A stretch of DNA of 63,886 nt, filler included, from Octopus bimaculoides (Eukaryota), in NCBI RefSeq assembly GCF_001194135.2. It is 6 parts of 5 records of this genome, joined end to end, with 100 filler letters (N's around TTAATTAATTAA, not from the genome) between each part and the next. Parts side by side here need not be neighbours in the genome. Positions count along the whole stretch, not along the records: positions 43,767 to 54,706 come from NC_068983.1; positions 54,807 to 62,385 come from NC_068986.1; positions 62,486 to 63,886 come from NW_026339665.1; 3 more parts are not named here. One strand, written 5' to 3'. Numbering within the stretch: the first letter of the stretch is position 1; every line of letters starts with the position of its first letter. Below, piece after piece: positions 51,378-63,886 of this stretch. The notes beneath the pieces are model-generated. The model did no database searches, had not been told where the DNA came from, and saw only the letters and a program-made list of their open reading frames with translations. The position numbers and the translations under genes were made by a program.

Positions 51378-53599
51378 TACAACACAATCTCCAACGTCAA
51401 CAATACAAACAACATCACTACTAACAACAACAGCATCTCAAACACAACAACACAAACCCCAGCAACAACGACAGTACCAACACAGCAGACGCGTAACTCA
51501 GAGTCTTGTCACATTCTGTGTAACGCTGAATCTCCCTGAGAACTACATAAAGTGATGCGTGTGTTTGTGGAGTTCTCAAGCACTTGCACCTTAATGTCGC
51601 AAGTAAGCTGTTCCGTAGATTGGATCAACTAGAATACTTGTCGTCGTCACCGACGGAGAACCGTTAAAAGTAAAACCAAAACAGCAGCATCTACAACTAT
51701 ATTATTGCTGCCACTACCAACATCACTACTAATACTTCAAACAACAACATTTGTAGCCGCCAAGTTTCTCTCAAAAACAAATCACGTCAAACAAGGAAAG
51801 ATACATTGTATAATGTAGTCCCAAGTACACTGTAAAAAAACAAGGAAGTGAAACAATTTTTGGTTTTAAGCCTGGTAGGAGGACTTAAGAGCGTGTACAT
51901 GTCTACTCACTATTACATAGCTAACGGAATTAGCGAAAGTATGGTACCAGATATTCGGTCATAGTCGCTTGCGAGTGACGGCTAAAGCGACAGCTATTTT
52001 TTCATAAATGTATGTGTGCGTGTGTGTGTGTTTATATGTGAATGTGTCACAGTATGCTTATATATGTATGTACGTATGTACGTATCTGTGTGTGTGTGCA
52101 AGTGTATATGTGTATGTTCGTGTGTGCATGTGTGTGTGTGTGTGTGTGTGTATGTGTGTGTCACGAAACAATTTCTCATAGTATAACAGGAATGCATCTT
52201 AAAGCTGACATCCACTAGAGTGTTTCATAAACCAGGTTTAGAGTTGTGTGTGTATGCGTGTGTGTGTATATGAGTGTGTGAGAGAGTGAGAGTGTTTGTG
52301 TGCGTAAGTGGGAGTGTGTATGTGTGTGGGGTGAGTGTTGCGAGTATATATGTATGCGTCTTTGAGTGTGCACATGTACGTGTATATGCGTGTGTGTATG
52401 TATGTTCGCACGCTTACGTGTATGCTTGTGTGTTTATGTGCAATTTCTGTTTAAGTACGTTCGCAAACACACAAGCACACATACGTACACATACACACAC
52501 GCGCAGGCTCAGCAATAACAACAACATCAACAACAGAAACAACTCGACACAACGCAACACGAAAACTGAATCCAGTTTCTGATGAAACAAAGAAAAGGAC
52601 AAAGGTCAGAACGAGAGGCTAGTGAAGAAGAAACAATGGGAAATATAAGGTAAAACCGTCTAACACACACACACACACACATTCACTCAATACAAACACC
52701 ACCACACATACACACTCACTCACATGTATACACACACACATACATACATACATACATACATACATACATACATACATACATACATACATACACGCAAACA
52801 CAAAACAAGTGTAAAATAAGTGAATAGAAATTGTTGTCATCTTTCCAAAATGGAGAGAATTTTGTTTGTGAGCGTCTGTTTTATCTGACTCATCTATATT
52901 TAATGTCTGAGTATGTTGTTAGTGTCCTAAAATGTTCATTGTATGCATTTATTTGGATTCCACTGCTTCTCGTCGACCAAAAAATGTCGACATCTTTGAC
53001 TTTGATTTCTATATTTTCTATCCTAGGTGTTACTTTCGTTGCTTGCAGTAACAAACTTCGTATTTTTAGCGCTGTCAGCCTTGTTCTTTTTTCGTTTACT
53101 TTTTTGGCATCAAATTTCAAATGTCTGTATAGTTGTACGGCAGTGTAGATAATCCCCGAGATGATAACATATCAGACAATTTAGAAGAGATTGATAGCAC
53201 GGTTGTTCCTGTCATGTTTACCGTTTCTGCCTTGTGTCAACAGGCAAGCCACTAACTCTCACAGCAACAGTTCACAACATAACAATGAATCTCTATATGA
53301 GGTCTATATGAATCTTCACGACTAGGAAGCTCTGTGGGAATAGTAAATTATTCATAATACCACATTGGAGTTGTATTTTATTAATCTCGAAGATATGGAA
53401 AGGTAAAGGTGACCACATCAAGATTTCAGTCTTGAGTTTAAACGGCCGGAACTAATGCTATATGTAGCCGTTCGATTTGTAAGAAATAGCGACCAGATTT
53501 CTCTCACCTAAAACCCTGGCGTCATAAACAGAGAAAAAAGACATATTAGATAATGTGATTATAAATGTTCCTAGGACGAGAGGGCCATGGTTGGTTTGC

Positions 53600-53990
53600 T
53601 CAACAACAACAACAGGCATCAAGAGGAATATAAAAGAAATGTTGCAAAAAGTATGCTTCCTTGGCACAGCTAGAATCATCAGGAANNNNNNNNNNNNNNN
53701 NNNNNNNNNNNNNNNNNNNNNNNNNNNNNNNNNNNNNNNNNNNNNNNNNNNNNNNNNNNNNNNNNNNNNNNNNNNNNNNNNNNNNNNNNNNNNNNNNNNN
53801 NNNNNNNNNNNNNNNNNNNNNNNNNNNNNNNNNNNNNNNNNNNNNNNNNNNNNNNNNNNNNNNNNNNNNNNNNNNNNNNNNNNNNNNNNNNAACAACAAC
53901 AGGCATCAAGAGGAATATAAAAGAAATGTTGCAAAAAGTATGCTTCCTTGGCACAGCTAGAATCATCAGGAAAGTATTAGATGGTTGAAA
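53600..53990 (+). mobile_element. REL-type LINE 3' tip, duplicated across an N gap
   Basis: IKEMLQKVCFLGTARIIRKVLDG*. The same about 85 bp occurs on both sides of the gap. Confidence 0.7.
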
Positions 53991-54059
53991 ACAACAGCTA
54001 GCATGGTACCGTAGGCTGCAAGTAGCCTGCCCGCTACGCATGCAAGACTAGGAATTCCG

Positions 54060-54619
54060 ACAAAACCGATTACCATTATTGAGTGAGAGAGTAGTGCATG
54101 CTATCAAAGTGACACAGAGGTAAAATATACGAAGCCCAGTATACCCATCATGACCACTCGTCTGATAAGGGTACACCAGGCACATGCATCATGACCATAT
54201 GTGCGCGATATGGTGATCTCATATCAAGATTAACAGCGCACGACCTTGCAGGTGAGGTCCAGTTAGAATTTTCTTCAGGTCGAGTAGCCCATCCTGAATA
54301 AGGATTGTTTAAGGATGTTGAACAAAACACCCATGTTTCCAAAGGTAAATTTTTCAAGCCCCAAAGAATTCCTCTCAACACATGGCTATGATGCACCCTC
54401 ACTACTTATGCTCGTGATCAGAGATACACATATCGTCAGTCACTCAGGGACATGCTCAACTGGTTAAGGTCAAGCAACTGACAAGTAAATCTGTGGTATT
54501 TAACAGAATATTTGTTGTAGCCCATCTTTTATACCAAAACAAAACAATGTACATGATAACACTTCCAATCAGTTAAGATCAGAAGCCATAAGAGCCACTG
54601 CCTGGTACTGCATCAGGGC

Positions 54620-54625
<6 letters not shown>
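54060..54625. mobile_element. Unclassified interspersed repeat
   Basis: Shares ccatcttttataccaa...aacacttccaatca with 32740-32870 and an inverted part at 62520-62756. Confidence 0.6.
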
Positions 54626-54657
<32 letters not shown>

Positions 54658-55119
54658 GAAAAACTCACAGCTTATTTTGCTGGATATGATGGAAAGTGTC
54701 AGCCAGNNNNNNNNNNNNNNNNNNNNNNNNNNNNNNNNNNNNNNNNNNNNTTAATTAATTAANNNNNNNNNNNNNNNNNNNNNNNNNNNNNNNNNNNNNN
54801 NNNNNNTATATATATATGATGACGGGGTTTTTTCAATTTCCTCTTGCAAAATCCACTCAGAAGGCTTTGTTTTGTCTGAGGAAATTGTAGATGACACTTG
54901 CCCAAGTGGGACTGAACCTGGAACTTCTTACAAAACACCAACACCTACGCCAATATATTTGATGCCAATATGTACACACGCTCACACACACTAGTATATA
55001 TGTATGTATATATAAGGGAAAGGACTGATTTAAACCAGCGTATGCTGTTATAGTGTGTAATATGTTTACTTTTTATCTTACAATTTTTTTACCTTATGAT
55101 ATTTGTTCTTAGATGACTT

Positions 55120-55460
55120 ATAAACGTCAGTAATTATCACGTATAAGCTGGAGGTAGCAGTAATCGCTAATCATAAACTAGAGATAACAATAATGATCAA
55201 TCAGACAGTAAAGGTGTCAGTAATAACTAATCATAGCCGAGAAATGTCAGTAATGACCAATCATAAATTAAAATGTGAGTCACAAATTCAAGATGTCGGT
55301 AATGAACTATCATAAACTAAAGATATCAGTGATGACCAGTTATAAGTTAAAGATGTTAGTAATGACGAAGCGTAAGCCAGAGATTTCAGTAATGACGAAG
55401 CATAAATTACAAATATCAATAATGATCAATAATAACAAAGATGTCGGTAATGACCAATTA
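55120..55460. repeat. Diverged 30-bp minisatellite, about 11-12 units
   Basis: Units like CATAAACTAAAGATGTCAGTAATGACCAAT, with one 19-nt truncated unit at about 55262-55280. Confidence 0.85.
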
Positions 55461-56520
55461 AAAACTTGAAATTTAACCTAAGGTGCGGCATGTGACTGAT
55501 AGCATTTGTAGAAAATATAAGAATGAACTTTGGTCAATACTGTACATCTGTATGAGATCAATGTTATCCATTACAAAAAATATTTGTTAATTATTTTATC
55601 TCACGTAATTCCACCACACTGAATAAAGAACAAAATAATAATATTCTATAGTTATTGCAGAAATAAAGGATATACTGTATAATGTAACGTGAGATAAGCT
55701 ATGTCATAAAAGGCGGGATACTTATGGTTAGAATATTTTAAAACATATCGCAGATAAATTTAGGACTGACAAGGGGTTAAATAATGATAACCTCCTGCCC
55801 ACAAAATAATACACGTATATATAATTTTGGCACAAGGGCTGCCATTTTGAAGGGATTTCGACGTCGATTACATCGACCACAGTATTTAACCTGTACTCGT
55901 TTTTTCGACACGTAAAATATGTAAGGCAACATTAACCACAGCTAAGCTTTCTGTCCGGCTCGGTCTAAGATATAATAAGTGGGAGGTTTCAATGTAGGTT
56001 ACTGTGTGTAGATTTAAAGTCTGTGTCATGTATTAGGGTATGACATTTACTTCTAGTCCATGTTCATATTAATAAAATGTCATAAACGCTGAACTCTGAC
56101 TGCACAGGTCACATTATTCATGACGAGTAACTATACTGCGTAGATAGTTTATGCGTGACAATCATACGCACCTCTCCCTTTGTGATGTATACACGCGCAC
56201 ACGCACACGCACACACAGCACATACACATAAGTATATCTACGTAGATGTGTATACATTCATAGACATGCTCATACGTAAGTATAACCCTTTAGCGCAAAA
56301 GTTACGAAACAAAAAACAACACAAAGATTAAGTTAAAAAGTTAATACAGCGATGGTATTAATTTGACGCACAGAAAATAAAAAATAATGACAAGATATCT
56401 TTTTAATAATTCGTGCATTCGTTTTTCTTCCAAAAGACAGGACAGATTGAACCGAGGAGGGAAACGGGAAATTGAAACGCAAATATATCCAATGGTTACA
56501 GCATGGTGAAAAATATGAAG

Positions 56521-56522
<2 letters not shown>

Positions 56523-56613
<91 letters not shown>
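56523..56613. repeat. Long (CA)n microsatellite (representative of dozens in the window)
   Basis: About 90 bp of near-pure CA. Similar (CA)n, (TA)n, (GA)n, (TACA)n, (AAT)n and (TAC)n tracts occur throughout. Confidence 0.95.
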
Positions 56614-56618
<5 letters not shown>

Positions 56619-57085
56619 GCACACACAAACACGCACACACATTTACACACATATGCATGAATTATAGAGAAGCCAACTGACGTATAGATAGCTCTATCGA
56701 CAGATAGATACAACAGCAAAGAAATACTCCTTAGTAATGAAAACTGGCCACTGAGAGGGATAAACAAATATTGGTTATACTCTCAGAACTGGATGCGCAC
56801 GCGCATACACATACACAAAAAGACAATATAATATGAGTCATATTTTCTTTGTTACATTTGTAAGAATATGAATAACTTCTATAAAATTGAAGAGAATATT
56901 TTCTGTATAAATTAGAGATTAGACAGGGCTGTTTATTTGATATAAAAATTAATGTTGAATCAAGTAAGGTACTTTAGGCAGTTGTTAACTGAAATAGAAT
57001 GAAATAAGTAGTAGGCTTAAATGCAATGCTCTAGTGAGACTACAGGGTAATACCTAAATTTAGTAAAAAAGTAAAAATGTTTCCA

Positions 57086-57118
<33 letters not shown>

Positions 57119-58249
57119 ATACACACACATATACCCCCGCCTATATATAGGAGTGGCTGTGTGGTAAGTAGCTTGCTCACCAACCACATGGTTCCAGGTT
57201 CAGTCCCACTGCGTGGCACATTGAGCAAGTGTCTTCTACTATAACCTCGGGCTACCCAAACCCTTGTGAGTGGATTTGGTAGATGGAAACTGAAAGAAGC
57301 CTGTCGTGTATATATATANNNNNNNNNNNNNNNNNNNNNNNNNNNNNNNNNNNNNNNNNNNNNNNNNNNNNNNNNNNNNNNNNNNNNNNNNNNNNNNNNN
57401 NNNNNNNNNNNNNNNNNNNNNNNNNNNNNNNNNNNNNNNNNNNNNNNNNNNNNNNNNNNNNNNNNNNNNNNNNNNNNNNNNNNNNNNNNNNNNNNNNNNN
57501 NNNNNNNNNNNNNNNNNNNNNNNNNNNNNNNNNNNNNNNNNNNNNNNNNNNNNNNNNNNNNNNNNNNNNNNNNNNNNNNNNNNNNNNNNNNNNNNNNNNN
57601 NNNNNNNNNNNNNTATATATGTTTGACTACCGATGTTAGTGTGTTTACGTTCCCGTAACTTACCGGTTCGGCAAAAGGGACCGATAGAATAAGTACTAGG
57701 CTTACAAAGAATAAGTCCTGGGGTCGCCTTCTTCGACTAAAGGCGGTGGTCCAGCATGGCTGCAGTCAAATGACAAATAAAAGAATAAAGAATATATGTG
57801 TGTGTGCGTATATGTGTTTATAGGCGCAAGCATGGCTGTGTGGTTAATAGTTTGCTTCCGAACCATATGGTTCCGAATTCAGTTCCACTGTGTGGCACTT
57901 TTGGCAAGTGTCCTTTACTACAGCCTCGCATTCACCAAAAACTTGTGAGTGGATTTGGTAGACGGAAACTGAAAGAAGCCCCTAATAATGTTTGTCCATT
58001 ACTTTGGGACACTGGAGTCAGTCAACGCCAATAAAACAGCTCTAAAACAAATTCTATACATCAAGTATTTAAAGTCAAAATAGTAATCATATTTCTCTGA
58101 GGGAAATATGATCACAATCAGTTCTTTACTGACAAAGAAAGGTATCTTTCAGGCAGATACTTTATCTTCTCTATATTTATGTTATGCTTTGTCCCCAAAA
58201 AAAAAAATCTACTAAATGAAATCATCGTTATAAATGTTTTAGATAAAAT

Positions 58250-58760
58250 ATAAACCGTCTCCATTGTATTCAAATTGATACAGACGCAGAAATTTGTGAA
58301 TTAGACCAGAACCATCCATAAAAATATTTAGGAGATGAAACTGATACACTGCAACTTGCAGAAATGAAGGAGAAAATTAGAACAGAGTTCAGCGGCCGAG
58401 TTAGATTAAAAAAAAACTGAACTCAATGCTAGAAATGAACTAATTGATATAATGATAATAAGCCACTTTAGTTAAAACTACAGCTTGAATGTTATAAGCC
58501 GATAGTTAAACGAATTGAAGGGATAAGGTAGACAAAATATTTTTTGTATCTATCCACTCTATGAGTGCTTCCAACCCAGTAATATTTTCTACATACTGTG
58601 AATATGGATCTTGGCTATGCATTATAATTCTCATGACACCTGTAGTTATGAGTATTATTTGTCTTCAACCCCTATACCTTGATTATTCATATTTCCAGAT
58701 CTTTATTTTTATTGTTTTACACGTGTAGGTCTATCTTCATAGTATACATTCTCAATAGTC
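58250..58760. mobile_element. Highly decayed REL-type LINE fragments
   Basis: Plus: KYLG...EMKEKIRTEFSGRVR...ELNARN remnant. Minus at about 58620-58720: KNKDLEI-IIKV-GLKT remnant. Confidence 0.45.
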
Positions 58761-59597
58761 TCAACTTTAGTTATTGTATTTCTGTTTGACCTTTTCTGTT
58801 TGCTTTTATTTTCTCTGAATTATTGTTTATTTCCGCTATACAACCTTTTCTTTCATTAATTTATTTTTCTGCTTTCATTCTCGTTTTTTTTAATGTTCTT
58901 CTTAAAACGACTATTCTGTTGTAAATCAAAATTACATTGAAGGTTATTTACTCTCTAGTAAATAATCTTGGGCCCACTTCTGATCTATGTATTTTGTAGC
59001 TTGATGTCAAATAAGTACTATCGGGCTCAGTACAATGATTCGTCTAGGTGTCTCACGGATCTAGGGGCCCAATTCTACTCTGTATATTTTGTAATTGCTG
59101 TCAAGTAACGAATACTATAGGGCTTATAATGATGCTTAGATAGCTCTGCCCATATCAGCCCTGATCGTGTAACTTTATAAAGAATAGCATTCCAATCACG
59201 ACCATCCCATCAATTTTCTAGAATCAATTCTACACAGACAGCATTCGCAAATGCGATTCTTGTATTTTCCTTTGTAAGAGGTGAGATTAAGTTTCGAGGC
59301 ATTCTTAGTCGTTATTGTTACTGAGTAAACTAACCACGTAGAGTATTTTCTGTTCGGCACGAAATTTTCAGACATTAATCTGCTGTTTTGATGAATCAGA
59401 TATTAATCAGATATAATTTGCCTGTTATTTGAAGAAATACTTACAGTAGAATTAATAATTTGTATAAATGATTAAGGGGATACTCTTTAATTTGGGGGTT
59501 CGGTATGTTGTATTTAACAAACAATTTATATAATCATATGAATAATGATTTTCTACACACATACACATAAATACTTATTCGTTTATCTATAAACATG

Positions 59598-59645
<48 letters not shown>

Positions 59646-59682
59646 ACACACACACACACAACCACACACACACATAAATACA

Positions 59683-59715
<33 letters not shown>

Positions 59716-59740
59716 GTGTGTATGTGTTTATGTATGTATG

Positions 59741-59783
<43 letters not shown>

Positions 59784-59873
59784 TATATATATATATATAT
59801 ATATGAATATATGTATGTATAAATATATATATGTATACATATATGTCAATATATGTATGTATTAATATATATG

Positions 59874-59943
<70 letters not shown>

Positions 59944-62018
59944 TATATACGCTTACATGCATTCATATATAAATACATGCATGCATACATTACATATGTG
60001 TATGCATGCGCGCCTATGCATATACGTGCGCGCGCGCGTGCGTGTGCGTATGTGAGTCTGTGGGTAAAGAAAACCTGATAAATATTAATTTTAGTGAGGT
60101 AGAAATAAAAAAAAAGTTAGAAGTCGAAGTTTGAAAACGAATAAATGAATATATATATATATATANNNNNNNNNNNNNNNNNNNNNNNNNNNNNNNNNNN
60201 NNNNNNNNNNNNNNNNNNNNNNNNNNNNNNNNNNNNNNNNNNNNNNNNNNNNNNNNNNNNNNNNNNNNNNNNNNNNNNNNNNNNNNNNNNNNNNNNNNNN
60301 NNNNNNNNNNNNNNNNNNNNNNNNNNNNNNNNNNNNNNNNNNNNNNNNNNNNNNNNNNNNNNNNNNTAATACATACATATATATACTGTGTATGAGAATA
60401 TCTGCTATAAAATAATTATTGTTTCGTGTTTGGTATTGCCTTGTACATTAAGTTTTGAATTTCTATTTAGCCGAAGTATAATGTTGTAATCTCAATGTAT
60501 AGACAGGCACATCAATTGAAATCTTGATCGGCAATGGTAGATAGAATTACACATGATTGCCTCTAGATTTATTCCGTTCACTCTTCTAACAAATCTCTCC
60601 TTCTGAATAATTCCAGAATGTTTTGTTGGTATATTATAAATATTTTCCCTTGCTTCCGCGGCTTTCGCCCCCCGCCTCTCAGTCTCTCTCTCTCACTCTG
60701 TCTCTTTCTGCTGACACCTGTCTTTCGTTCTCTCGCACTGTCTCTGTTTTTACACCCCCCGTCTATCTCTGCTGCTGCTCCTTCATCTCTCACTCCTTTT
60801 AATAGTGTTAATCTGTCCAACGAAAACAAGAATATTTGCTGAGGTTAGTGGATGATAGCTCGGCGATAGCAACTAACAAAGCACATTTGTTAGCCGTATT
60901 TGATGTAGTATACCTTACACAGTGCTTATAATTCGCTGTTTTGTATTCAAATCGTTGAATCACTCCGGCGCTTTCAAAGTAATTCATTTCGGATGTTTTC
61001 CTCTTAATTTACGAAACGCTGACATATCACATCGGAGAACATATATAGAAATATTCGATGACACAAAACATTCCTAGCATATCAAAACTCATGGATGTCT
61101 CCCAACTTCTACCCTTCATTTCATGTTTGATTTAGAGCTATTATTTACACAAACATCGTCGTAGTCTTTCCTTGCTTTTTTTTTTTTGGTACTTTTTCTT
61201 TTATTTCATGTTTTGCTGTTACCTCAGTATTTTTCTACATGACGCAGTATATTGTTGTTCTATAGTTGTCGTTTAACTGATCAATAACTTCTCGGTGACA
61301 TTTACGTCAATTGTTATATATATATATATATCTATATGTATATATATATATATATCACATGCAGCTCAATATTTTTGCGCTGAGTCAGATAAACACGTTC
61401 ACGTATATTTACTACGCACCAAAATCTATTTCCACTCACGAATTTACTTTTCCTTAGATATTTCTTTCTTACTACGTAAATCATTTTTAACCTTCCTCTC
61501 TTTCTGCTTGAGTCCCTCTCCTCTCTCTTTCTATCCCTTTTTATCTACGTATCTATGTATACCTATATTTATTTATTTATTTATTTATTTATTTATGTGT
61601 TTCAGCCAAGTGGCTGCGGTCATGCTGGTACACACATTCACATATATCCATGCAACTATATCTATAAATATTATATAGATATATATTATATATATGCATG
61701 TATATATACATATATACATATATGTTTGTATATATGTATATATATATACATATATATATACGTATATACATANNNNNNNNNNTATATATATATATATATA
61801 CATATATATATACGTATATACATACAACTATATATATATAAATATTATATAGATATATATTATATATATATATATGTATATAGAACATACATGCATGCAT
61901 ACATACATACATATATACTACCCTCCACACACATATAGACATACAGACACACGTATGCACACACACACACACACGCACACAAACACACGTAAACGGGCAA
62001 ATAAACATGCACACTTAT

Positions 62019-62059
<41 letters not shown>

Positions 62060-62756
62060 AATAGTTCCTTGTTTTTCACTCCTAAACGTACGATATTCTG
62101 GGGCACCGCCCTGAAGAATTTTAGTCGAATAAATAAGACCCCAGTACTTATTTTTTGAAATGTTGTACTTATTCTATCGGACTCATTACTGAACCGCTAT
62201 ATTACGGAGACGTAAACACACGAACATCGGTTGTCATACTGTGATGGGAGACAGATGGAGACAAAAAAAAAAAAATAGTCATATATATACGTGCGACGGG
62301 TTTCCTTCGTTTACCAACTACCAAATCCAGTCATACATATATATATATATGGATGTGTGTGTTTTGTATATATATATATATATATNNNNNNNNNNNNNNN
62401 NNNNNNNNNNNNNNNNNNNNNNNNNNNNNTTAATTAATTAANNNNNNNNNNNNNNNNNNNNNNNNNNNNNNNNNNNNNNNNNNNNACACACACACACACA
62501 CACAGACACACACACGACGGGTTTCCTTCACTTTCCGTCTGATATTCTGCTCAATACCACAGATTTGGTTATCAGTTGTTTGACCATAACCAGTTGAGCA
62601 TGTCCCTTAGTAACTGCATCTCTGATCACGAGTAGAAGTAGTGGGGGAGCATCATAGTCATGCGTTGAAAGGAATTCTTTGGAGTTTGGATAATTCACCT
62701 CTAGAAACACGGGTGTTTCATTCAACATCCTTAAACAACCCTTATTCAGGGACCTT

Positions 62757-63069
62757 TTGAGCGATATTTATTTCTCAATTTCTGATTCGTAATTGAATGG
62801 TACAAAATCCATTGGCCCAAGATTGAGGTCAACACTGGGGTCTAGCGAAACTAACAGGGTTGGCAAGCCAACTGTAAGAAGGAATAAAACGCAAAAGCTG
62901 TAATTTACATTACGATTTTCCTTAGACATCCGGCTGTTTTGGTAACTTTCAGAATTTCTAAATGTTCCAATTCTTATTCGGTGGACCGCAGTGTTGAGCC
63001 CAATCCTGGGCCAATGGATTTTGTACCATTCAAATACGAATCGGAAATTGAGAAATATATATCGTTCAA
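62757..63069. mobile_element. MITE with about 80-bp terminal inverted repeats
   Basis: 62757-62837 (ttgagcgatatttatttctcaatttctgattcgtaattgaatggtacaaaatccattggccc) is the reverse complement of 62989-63069. Confidence 0.85.
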
Positions 63070-63152
63070 CCAATAAAATATCTATTGCTATCGCATCGCG
63101 CTCTTCGTCTTGCCTTTTTACCTCTGTGAAGAGTTACTTCAATCCTTTTGAA

Positions 63153-63201
<49 letters not shown>

Positions 63202-63417
63202 CCTTTCTACTATAGGCACAAGGCCTGAAATTTGCGGGGAGGTGGGGCTAGTCGATTAGATCGACTCCAGTACAGCAACTGGTACTTAACTGATCGACCC
63301 CGAAATGATAAAAGGCAAAGTCGACCTCGGCGGAATTTGAACTCAGAACGTAAAGACAGACGAAACGCCGCTAAGCGTTTTGTTCAGTGTGCTAACGATT
63401 CTGCCGGCTCTCCGCCT

Positions 63418-63470
<53 letters not shown>

Positions 63471-63886
63471 ATAATAATAATGAACAGAAGAAGAAGAAAG
63501 AAGGAAGGAAGGAAGAAAGGAAGGAAGGAAGAAAGGAAGGAAGGAAGACGACAAAGAAGAAAAGGGGAGATGCGGAGGAAAAACGAAAAAAAAAAATGAG
63601 AAGGAAACGAAGGAAGTGGATGAGAAGAAGACTAAGAAGGCGAGGATAAAGAAGGAAAGAAGGAAAGCGAGGAAGGAAAACCAGATGAAAGAAAAGAAGA
63701 TGAGGAAACAGAAGAAGAAAGGAAGAATAAATGAAGATATCAGTGGAGCAAGGCAAGAACAGAAATGGGAGTAAAAGGTTGACCAGTTTTTAATTGGAGG
63801 CAATTCCTTAAGGGAAGCACACAACCGACTAATGGTAAGAACTGGTATGGTGGATACAACTAGCTATGCATTGTGTATATATGTAT

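Noticed and set aside
60578-60829. 83-aa ORF / GC-rich patch as first exon of the EMI-EGF gene
   Set aside because: No signal-peptide-like sequence or suitable donor; largely (CT)n-derived. It may be regulatory, but this is unsupported.
15313-62441. TTAATTAATTAA islands between N runs (15313, 26510, 43711, 54751, 62430)
   Set aside because: Identical 12-mer with stops in all six frames, always embedded in Ns: an assembly or scaffolding linker, not biology.
62768-63073. 101-aa minus ORF
   Set aside because: It runs through both arms of a MITE and is explained by the inverted repeat.
656-63824. Most supplied ORFs (poly-HT, CV, YI, LS, ER, poly-I/L/N/Y and X-filled)
   Set aside because: They are translations of microsatellites or N gaps, with no splice or domain support.

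Overview
Repeat-rich animal genomic DNA, inferred to be octopus/coleoid cephalopod from dense (CA)n/(TA)n/(TACA)n/(AAT)n microsatellites and abundant tRNA-derived SINE families. It has many N gaps, some carrying a TTAATTAATTAA linker. Most ORFs in the supplied track are microsatellite or gap artefacts. Two spliced genes can be reconstructed from splice sites and reading phases. (1) Plus strand: three in-phase exons (19798-19990, 23206-23255, 26018-26146) of a TTLL3/TTLL8-type tubulin glycylase; its catalytic exons were not found in the window. (2) Minus strand: a small, probably secreted EMI + 2x calcium-binding EGF protein (exons 41181-41270, 36886-36962, 36117-36236, 33319-33438, 29602-29612; probable exon 42964-43001), apparently nested antisense in a TTLL intron. 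The rest is decayed Penelope-like (PLE), Tx1/L1, R4/Dong-like REL, RTE, mariner, MITE and SINE sequence. The most unusual signal is a set of type I hammerhead-ribozyme motifs: five with intact cores plus several remnants. Many sit as divergent inverted pairs, with spacers shrinking from about 1.1 kb to 5 nt. A cluster of RFX X-box-like motifs at 48.5-48.6 kb may mark a ciliary-type promoter.
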